This document shows positions 58,301 through 64,000 of a stretch of 64,000 nucleotides of DNA, in pieces. Below the pieces are notes generated by a model. It was not told the DNA's origin and ran no database searches. It was given only the letters and a program-made list of their open reading frames with translations. How positions within the stretch are numbered: position 1 is the stretch's first letter; every line of letters starts with the position of its first letter. The position numbers and the translations under genes were made by a program. Source of the stretch: an uncultured Verrucomicrobia subdivision 3 bacterium (GTDB lineage: Bacteria; Verrucomicrobiota; Verrucomicrobiia; Limisphaerales; UBA11358); assembly GCA_903850425.1 (NCBI GenBank), contig CAINLR010000048.1, positions 1,364-65,363 on the forward strand, in the 5' to 3' direction.

Positions 58301-58794
58301 TGATATTTCAAATACCAGTCCTGCATCGAGCGCAACTCGGCGAGATCGCGGTTGGTGGAGTTTAGCGAATACATGAACGCCCAGCCGACGCCCGTGGCAT
58401 CCGGGCCGAGCGAGGGCGTGACGCCCTTCGGCATTTGGGCGGTGATGCTGCTCAAATATTCCAGCACGCGGCTCCGCGCCCAATAGGGATCCGTGCCGTC
58501 CTCGAAAATCACATAGACGAACGAGAACCCGTAAAACGAATAGCCGCGCACGACTTTCGATTTCGGCACCGACAACATTTTCGTCGTGATGGGATAGGTG
58601 ACCTGGTCCTCGACGATGTTCGGCGCTTGGCCTTCCCACGGCGTGTAGATGATGACCTGCGTGTCCGAGAGGTCGGGAATGGCATCGAGCGGAATGTGCC
58701 GCACCGCGTAAATGCCGCCGAGTAGCAAGGTCAACGTCGCGAGCACGACGAGGAATTTGTTCCGCAGCGAAAAATCTATGATGCGTTGGAGCAT
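55309..58794 (-). CDS. cusA: Heavy-metal RND permease, CusA/SilA-type, with an about 100 aa insertion
   Basis: DAIPDLSDTQVI, GPDATGVGW, AIGAMVDA, LLYMP / PMDMIET / RIDML Met sites, RVRPK.MT. Confidence 0.93.
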   Translation of the reverse strand: MLQRIIDFSLRNKFLVVLATLTLLLGGIYAVRHIPLDAIPDLSDTQVIIYTPWEGQAPNIVEDQVTYPITTKMLSVPKSKVVRGYSFYGFSFVYVIFEDGTDPYWARSRVLEYLSSITAQMPKGVTPSLGPDATGVGWAFMYSLNSTNRDLAELRSMQDWYLKYQLTAVPGVAELASVGGFVKQYQVTVDPTKLRAYNLALKDVSTAIERSNGEVGGRSLELAEREFILRVKGYVTSLDDLKKIAVGIGDKGVPILLRDVATIQFGPDMRRGIAEANGEGETVGGIVIVRYGANAYQVIQDVKAKLATAMKALPADVKVTVNYDRSELIDHAVKTLEEKLIEESIVVALVCFLFLLHLRSALVAIIILPVAVLIALLVMFGQGISSNIMSLGGIAIAIGAMVDAVIIMIENAHKHLEHDQGKKPHWEIIRDAAVEVGPTLFYSLLVITVSFLPVFTLQEQEGRLFKPLAFTKTYSMAAAALLSITLAPVLMGWFIRGKIPSEEKNPLNRLLIWIYHPLLDFVIRWRKSVIVVAFLVVAWVFFPWNSLIVANLPKESGEKLVQRAPHPGPLPIGSADSADAEREKRSSTSGRTSAADSSTNSQQSTSGHNVSPLPAGEGQGEGERVAQTTWRPSLRNVAAKFGSFFPFQNIGSEFMPPLYEGDLLYMPTTFPGISPTKARELLQVTDRLIKSFPEVAEVFGKAGRAETATDPAPMDMIETTIRLKPEAEWPAVDIKNDDGKVIAHRQRTPDELTDALNEVVQIPGLNNAWTMPIRTRIDMLSTGIKTPVGIKIAGPDLATLERIGTEVEAVVRKVPGTTSVFAERVMGGRFIEFEIDREAIARYGLTLADVQDVLSVALGGMPLTTTVEGLQRYTINLRYDRDFRSDLRALREDIVVPTPTGAQIPLGQLATVKVVDGPMGIKSEGAVPNAWVYVDIRGVDIGTYVQMAMHAVNEAVARGDIKLPGGYNLFWSGQYEYMLRAKERLMIVVPLTLLLITLIIYLNTKSAIKTAIVMLAVPFSLVGAFWAIYLCGYNLSVAVWVGIIALAGLDAETGVVMLLYLDLAFVDWKKRNVLHSTKDLRDAIYHGAVKRVRPKAMTACVIIAGLAPILWSHGAGADVMKRIATPMVGGVITSTIMELAVYPAIYFLWRSRGLVKADGQI
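56928..57102. repeat. Palindromic CCTCACCC..CCCTCTCCC..GGGAGAGGG element inserted in frame in cusA
   Basis: ccctcaccctgaccctctcccgccgggagaggg and the inverted partner ccctctccgcg...ggggagagggccgggatgagg. Confidence 0.8.
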
Positions 58795-58806
58795 GGCAAC
58801 GATTCG

Positions 58807-60438
58807 CTATTTCACGGGCACCAAATCCATTTCGCACTTCGGACATTTGCCCGGCTGATCGGAAACCACCTCGGGATGCATCGGGCAATAATATTTCACT
58901 GCGGGCTTCACTGCCGGCGTTTCCAGTTTTGCCATCACCGGAATGAGCGTCATCGCGCACAGCGGACATTTGCCCGGCTTGTCTTCGTGGATGCTCGCGT
59001 GCTCCGGCATCGGACAGGTGTAGTAAAGCACCCTGCCGCCCGGCTGGATCTTTTGCAGGGCGGAGCGCGTAACGGACACTAGCGTCATGCCGCAGATCGG
59101 ACATTTGCCGGCGTGATCATAGAGGATCGAAACGTGTTCCGGCATCGGGCAGACGTAAAACGACGCTTCCGATGTGGCGTTCGCCGCGGCCATGCCTGCG
59201 ATTGCGTTCGTGGAATATTCGATGGCCATTTCCGTTGTCGCAGCGGAAGTTGGCCCGCGCATTTTTTCAATGGCCTCGCGCAACTGGCTTTCCGAGTCCA
59301 GCAAGAATTGTCCGGACGTCACGACGCGTTCGCCGGCGCTCAAGCCGTTCAGAACTTGGATCCCGTTCTCGGTCTCCACCCCGAGCGCCACGTTGCGCGC
59401 TTCGAACTTGCCGCCGGCCAGCGCGATGAACACGGTGTTTTTTGCGCCGCTGCGCAGCACCGCCGAATCGGGCACCAGCACCGCCGAAGGCTCCAATTCC
59501 GCCTGGACCTGCGCGGAGACAAACATGCCGGGCTTCAAAAAATAGCCCGGGTTTTCAAACTCCAGCCGCACTTTGCCCGTGCGCGTTTTCTCGTCCACGG
59601 TGGGATAAACAAACGTCACGCGCCCACGAAACTCGCGATCCGGAAGCGACGCGGCTTTCACGACCACTTCCTGCCCGAGCTGCACGAACGGCAAATCCTG
59701 CTCATAAATCTGCGCCAGCACCCACACGATGCCCAGGTCGGCGATGCGATAAAGTCTGATGCCCGCGTCCACCATCTGGCCGGTCACGGCATTCTTCTCG
59801 ATGACGAAACCGGAAATGGGCGCCGGCACGGTCAAGGTTTTGAGCACGGCGCGATTGCTTTCGATCTGTGCGATCTGCGCGTCCGAAACGTCAAAATTTT
59901 TCAACGTGCGGATCGCGTTGGTCCTCGCCGACAGAACGCTTCTGAATTTCTTGAAACTATTCGTGACGGTCTTCAGAAACTCCACCTGGGCATCGTAAAG
60001 TTCCGGCACATGCACCTCAAACAGCGGGTCGCCGCGATGCACGAGCTGGCCGGTGGTGTCCACGTCCAATTTTTCAATCCAGCCCTTGAAACGCGTGCTC
60101 ACGTCGGCGACGGCGGTTTCGTTGTAATCAATCGTGCCGACGGTGCGGATGGTTTTGCGCAGCGGGCCGCGCTGGATTGCCGCCGTGCGCACGTTCATGT
60201 TTTGTTGCGTCGCCGCGTCCACGACGATGGCCGACGAACCGGCCGCGTTGGTCTCCGCGCCCACGCCGCTGCGAACCGGTGTCAGCTTCATGCCGCAGAT
60301 CGGACAATTGCCCGGATGATCCAGCACCACCTGCGGATGCATGCCACAGGTGTAGAGCTTCCTGGCACCCTCATCCCGCGCCGCCGCCAGCCCGGTCAGC
60401 GTGAGGAGCACAACTAAAATGGAAACGACTTTTTTCAT
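58807..60438 (-). CDS. cusB: RND periplasmic adaptor with four heavy-metal-binding (Y.CPMH/P) domains
   Basis: YTCGMHP..PG.CPICGM.L, GWIEKL, LKPGMF, SGQFLLDSES, three C-terminal Y.CPM repeats. Confidence 0.9.
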   Translation of the reverse strand: MKKVVSILVVLLTLTGLAAARDEGARKLYTCGMHPQVVLDHPGNCPICGMKLTPVRSGVGAETNAAGSSAIVVDAATQQNMNVRTAAIQRGPLRKTIRTVGTIDYNETAVADVSTRFKGWIEKLDVDTTGQLVHRGDPLFEVHVPELYDAQVEFLKTVTNSFKKFRSVLSARTNAIRTLKNFDVSDAQIAQIESNRAVLKTLTVPAPISGFVIEKNAVTGQMVDAGIRLYRIADLGIVWVLAQIYEQDLPFVQLGQEVVVKAASLPDREFRGRVTFVYPTVDEKTRTGKVRLEFENPGYFLKPGMFVSAQVQAELEPSAVLVPDSAVLRSGAKNTVFIALAGGKFEARNVALGVETENGIQVLNGLSAGERVVTSGQFLLDSESQLREAIEKMRGPTSAATTEMAIEYSTNAIAGMAAANATSEASFYVCPMPEHVSILYDHAGKCPICGMTLVSVTRSALQKIQPGGRVLYYTCPMPEHASIHEDKPGKCPLCAMTLIPVMAKLETPAVKPAVKYYCPMHPEVVSDQPGKCPKCEMDLVPVK

Positions 60439-60554
60439 AAATCCACGGGCCGATGCTTTTGATCGCTAACGAAAACGGCGCCCGGGGAAAAATTCTCCGC
60501 GCGCCATCCCAACTTAGACTACGGCGCAAGCCGCCGCGGTCCAAATTCCGCGAG

Positions 60555-60899
60555 TTACTTCTTTGCCGCTTTATCCGCCGCGCGGATCAGCTTCATGTAT
60601 TTGGCCGGGTCTTTGTCGAAATCCTTTTTGCAGGATTTGCAGCACAGTTTCACTTCCTGATCCTTGTAAACAAACACGAGCGGCTTGCCCATCTCGCCGA
60701 GTTTTTCGCCAGAGACGGGGCAGGTCTTGAGGAGATCCGGAATGGCGTTAGTGCTGACTTCGTCCGCCATGGTGGTGGTCATGCCCATGCCGGCGCAGCA
60801 GCCGGGCATCGGACTGTCCGCCGCTTTGAGGTTTGCGGAAAAGGCCATGACGCCAAGGGCGCACGCGGCCAGCAGGAGGTATTGGTTGGTTTTTTTCAT
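60555..60899 (-). CDS. Exported YHS/TRASH-like metal-binding protein
   Basis: Signal peptide, MPGCCAGMGM, CPVSGEKL..M, LCCKSCKKDF.KDP.KY. Confidence 0.82.
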   Translation of the reverse strand: MKKTNQYLLLAACALGVMAFSANLKAADSPMPGCCAGMGMTTTMADEVSTNAIPDLLKTCPVSGEKLGEMGKPLVFVYKDQEVKLCCKSCKKDFDKDPAKYMKLIRAADKAAKK

Positions 60900-60945
60900 A
60901 TTTGACTAAGCGTTAATCTTGTTAAGTTCGTATTGAACGGATGAC

Positions 60946-60969
60946 TTACCCCGCCGGAACGAAAAACCC
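60946..60969 (-). promoter_or_regulatory. Candidate ECF promoter for the YHS-cusBA operon
   Basis: Minus strand GGGTTTTTCGTTCCGGCGGGGTAA; 20/24 identical to 61344..61367. Confidence 0.65.
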
Positions 60970-61209
60970 GCAAACTATTTTCAATTTTCCGGCTCCAGAC
61001 GGCCAAGCTAGCAATTTCCCCAAAATACACAAGCACCCGTCAGGTGTGTCTTCAGCAAGGGCGCATCCGGCGCCCGCGGCTCCGGTGCGGCGGCGGCAGT
61101 GTCAATTTTTCATGATTGTTTTTAGACTCACAGGACAATAATCAACACCGCAAATCCAGCTTTCGCAGTAAAAACTGTTGAATTGCGAAGGGTTCGATCC
61201 GAATTGCGA

Positions 61210-61226
61210 TTGGCATGTCACTTGCA
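61210..61226 (+). promoter_or_regulatory. Sigma-54 (-24/-12) promoter-like site
   Basis: TTGGCATGTCACTTGCA, GG-N10-GC spacing. Confidence 0.55.
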
Positions 61227-61343
61227 TTCAGATGCCCAGCGGTTCTTAACGAAAGCAAGTCTGCCAACGATCTGCATTCAGCTTCTTTCTTCCCGTCCCA
61301 GCCAGTGGATCACCTCCCAGGCTGGGGCCTGATTTTATTTTGA

Positions 61344-61367
61344 GGGTTTTTCGGTGGAGCGGGGTAA
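61344..61367 (+). promoter_or_regulatory. Candidate ECF autoregulatory promoter
   Basis: GGGTTTTTCGGTGGAGCGGGGTAA upstream of the anti-sigma/sensor/sigma genes. Confidence 0.65.
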
Positions 61368-61495
61368 TACCTGCATCCGCAACGCAATAAAGCGCTGCCC
61401 AATCAAGTCAACCACCCCGGTCGCTGCCGGGTTGTCCTGAAGCGATATAAATGCTAAACCTCGGCTGGCGGAAAATCCCCGCCGCCTTTCAGCTT

Positions 61496-61810
61496 ATGAA
61501 AGAAAATCCAAATCCCGAAGCCGCCAAACTGGGTGCGCTCCTGCGCGAGGTCCGCGTGTCGCCCGGCCTGCCGCCGCGCTTCCAGCAGAACGTCTGGCGG
61601 CGCATCGAAGACGCCGAGTCGCCTGTCAAACCCACCTCGTGGATCGACGCGCTCGCGGCGTTCGCTTTGCGTCCTCGGCTCGCCTTCGCCGCCACGGCTG
61701 CGCTGGTGCTGGTCGGCGTTTTATTGGGAGCCATCGAAGGCGCACAAGCCGCCCGGCATGACGCGCAAGCGCGCTATATTGCGTCGGTCGCGCCAAATTC
61801 ACTGCGCTGA
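61496..61810 (+). CDS. Putative single-pass anti-sigma factor (CnrY-like position)
   Basis: LPPRFQQNVWRRI, one TM, Y..SV.P tail; first gene of the sigma operon. Confidence 0.7.
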   Translation: MKENPNPEAAKLGALLREVRVSPGLPPRFQQNVWRRIEDAESPVKPTSWIDALAAFALRPRLAFAATAALVLVGVLLGAIEGAQAARHDAQARYIASVAPNSLR

Positions 61811-61813
61811 ACC

Positions 61814-62305
61814 ATGAACCGCTCGCTCATCATCCTCCTCGGCGCGCTGGCGCTGGGCGCGGCGATTTTTACCGGGTCGTATTTCGTTGCGCAGCGCACG
61901 AGCGTGATGTGTTGCACGGATACGGGCGATGAGCTGAGCTGGTTGCGCACGGAATTTCATCTGGGCGACGCGGAAATGGCCCGCATCCGCACTTTGCATG
62001 AAGGGTATTTGCCCAAGTGTGGCGAGATCTGCGCGAAGATCGCCGCCAAAAAGCACGAACTGGAATCGGTTCTCGGCACCGGCACCAACGTCACCACGGA
62101 GGTGCAAGTGAAACTGGCCGAACTCGCCGCCCTGCGCGCCCAGTGCCAGGCCCAAATGCTCCAACATTTCGCCACCGTCAGCCAGTCCATGCCGCCCGAG
62201 CAGGGACGGCGTTACCTGGCCGAAATGCAGGCCCTTACCCTCGGTGCCCACGAACAGATGGAACAATCCATGTCGGGCAACACCGGCCATGAGCATCACC
62301 ATTGA
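61814..62305 (+). CDS. Periplasmic heavy-metal sensor (CnrX-like)
   Basis: N-terminal TM, WLRTEFHL, LHE.Y...C..IC, H...V...M.PEQ..RY, His-rich tail. Confidence 0.78.
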   Translation: MNRSLIILLGALALGAAIFTGSYFVAQRTSVMCCTDTGDELSWLRTEFHLGDAEMARIRTLHEGYLPKCGEICAKIAAKKHELESVLGTGTNVTTEVQVKLAELAALRAQCQAQMLQHFATVSQSMPPEQGRRYLAEMQALTLGAHEQMEQSMSGNTGHEHHH

Positions 62306-62888
62306 CGCCGGGCCATCGCCGGACGCGCAAGACCGGGCGGACATGGAGCGGCTGCAGGCGGGCCACGATGCTGCGCTGAATGATTTGATGAAACGCCACG
62401 CCACGCCGATTTTTCATCTCCTCTGCCGCATGGTCGGCAACGAGGACGACGCGAACGATCTCGCGCAGGAAACCTTCGTCCGCGTTTTCAAGTCGCGGGA
62501 CAGCTTCCGCGCGGAACAAAAATTTTCCACCTGGCTGTTTACCATCGCGGCAAATTTGGCGCGCAATCATTTCCGCTGGCGTGCGCGGCATCCGAATCTT
62601 TCGCTGGATGCGGAAAACCCCGAGACGGAACAATCGCTCGACAGCACGCTCCCGTCGAAATCTCCAGCTCCCAACGAGGCCGCGCTCACCACTGAACGCG
62701 CCGCCGCTGTGCGCACGGCGGTGAAGAATCTGCCCGCAGATTTGCGCGCGGCCGTGGTGCTGTGCGAATGGGAGGAACGCAGCATTGCGGACGCCGCGGC
62801 GATTCTGGAGGCCACGCCGAAGGCCGTGGAATCAAGGCTTTATCGCGCCCGTCAGATATTGCGCGAGCGGCTGAAAAGCTGGTTGTGA
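62289..62888 (+). CDS. ECF RNA polymerase sigma factor
   Basis: DLAQETFVRV, FSTWLFTIA.N, LP...R..VVL, V.SRLYRAR. Confidence 0.93.
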   Translation: MSITIDAGPSPDAQDRADMERLQAGHDAALNDLMKRHATPIFHLLCRMVGNEDDANDLAQETFVRVFKSRDSFRAEQKFSTWLFTIAANLARNHFRWRARHPNLSLDAENPETEQSLDSTLPSKSPAPNEAALTTERAAAVRTAVKNLPADLRAAVVLCEWEERSIADAAAILEATPKAVESRLYRARQILRERLKSWL

Positions 62889-62988
62889 CCAGATGCGGCC
62901 GCCGCCGCTTCAACCGACCGGAAGCGTTCTGTTTGAATTTTAGAGGCGGAAAAAGTCAGGCGTGCCGCCCGGCGAGGCCCGCGCTCAC

Positions 62989-64000
62989 TCATTCCGTTGC
63001 CGCCCCATCAAAATCCGCCAGCTCCTTGTTCGCCGCTTCCCATTCCACCGTCGCCAACGGCAAGCGGTCGTGAATCTTCATCAGCTCACGGTTGATGTGC
63101 GTCGCGCGGCCGCCGCTGGCGTAAGCTTCCGGCTTTTCGAGTTCGGCGGCCAGTTCGCCCTCGCGCACTTCGAGATCGGCAATTTCCTTTTCCAGCGCCA
63201 CGATGCGTTTCTGGATCTCCTGCCTTTTGTTCGAGCGCGCCTGCCGCTGGGCGGCCTCCAGGCGCTTCTGCTCCTTGCGATCCATCTTCGGCTCGGAACT
63301 TTTTTGCGTGGCTTGGGCGACCTGGCTCGAACTCGTCAGCGCCGCCCGCGCGGATTGCGACGTCTTGTCCAAATAATATTGATAGCCGCCGCCGAAATGC
63401 CGGAGCTGTCCCGCCTCCACGCGCACGACGTGCGTGGACAGCGCCCGGATGAAATGCACATCGTGGCTGATGAAAACGAGCGTGCCCTGGTATTGCTTCA
63501 ATGCCTCGATCAGCGCGTCCACGCTCGCTAAATCCAAGTGCGTCGTCGGCTCGTCCATCAGCAACAAGTTGGGCGGATCGAGCAGCAACTTCACGAGCGC
63601 GAGCCGGCTTTTTTCACCGCCGCTCAGCACGCTGACCGGTTTGTAAATATCGTCGCCGCGAAATAGAAAGCTGCCGAGCACCGTGCGGATCGCCTGTTCG
63701 GTGATGCGCTGCGGCGTGTCCATCGCTTCCTGAAACACCGTGTGCTTGGGATTCAACATCGCCGCGCGATGCTGCGCAAAGTAGCCATACTTCGTGTTGT
63801 GACCGAGCTTGTGCACGCCCGAAATCGGCTTGAGCACTTCTGCGAGCAGTTTCAACAAGGTGGATTTACCCGCGCCGTTCGGCCCGACGAGCACGATGCG
63901 CTGATCGCGTTCCACTTCAAAATCCAGATTTTCGTAAAGCAACTTCACCGGCGGGTGATCCGGCGTCGGCTGTGCAGCCTCGTCTTCCACCAAATGCGAC
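62989..64000 (-). CDS. ABC-F family ATPase, C-terminal part (starts beyond the window)
   Basis: GPNGAGKST, LSGGEKSR, LMDEPTTHLD, ISHD, C-terminal coiled coil. Confidence 0.92.
   Translation of the reverse strand, partial: SHLVEDEAAQPTPDHPPVKLLYENLDFEVERDQRIVLVGPNGAGKSTLLKLLAEVLKPISGVHKLGHNTKYGYFAQHRAAMLNPKHTVFQEAMDTPQRITEQAIRTVLGSFLFRGDDIYKPVSVLSGGEKSRLALVKLLLDPPNLLLMDEPTTHLDLASVDALIEALKQYQGTLVFISHDVHFIRALSTHVVRVEAGQLRHFGGGYQYYLDKTSQSARAALTSSSQVAQATQKSSEPKMDRKEQKRLEAAQRQARSNKRQEIQKRIVALEKEIADLEVREGELAAELEKPEAYASGGRATHINRELMKIHDRLPLATVEWEAANKELADFDGAATE

Overview
GC-rich bacterial chromosome segment. Gene content and style (H-X9-DG prepilin-like proteins, GYF_2/DUF4190 proteins, BlaI/M56 fusion, DUF4912) suggest Verrucomicrobiota or another PVC lineage; this is an inference. 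It is mostly core genes: ispH, sixA, ppx, purC, nrdR, murA, prmC, spmAB, fur/perR-sufB-sufC, lpxK-lpxL-waaF, tRNA-Leu(TAG), cusBA and a partial ABC-F. I found no integrase, transposase or CRISPR array. Three things stand out. (1) A BlaI + BlaR1-like (M56) locus whose sensor domain is duplicated in a neighbouring lipoprotein and resembles the soluble part of DUF2723-type glycosyltransferases; two palindromic operators lie upstream. (2) A dense set of short-repeat elements: nonamer inverted-repeat elements, one enclosing an AT-rich gene between sufB and sufC; heptamer tracts translated in frame inside prmC, waaF, spmAB and a histidine kinase; and a palindromic element inside cusA. (3) Several regulons readable from paired motifs: wHTH-ispH operon, two-component system-ankyrin protein, ECF-cusBA, and a Per/ICE box. 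All coordinates were read by eye, and all family calls come from motif recognition, not database searches.
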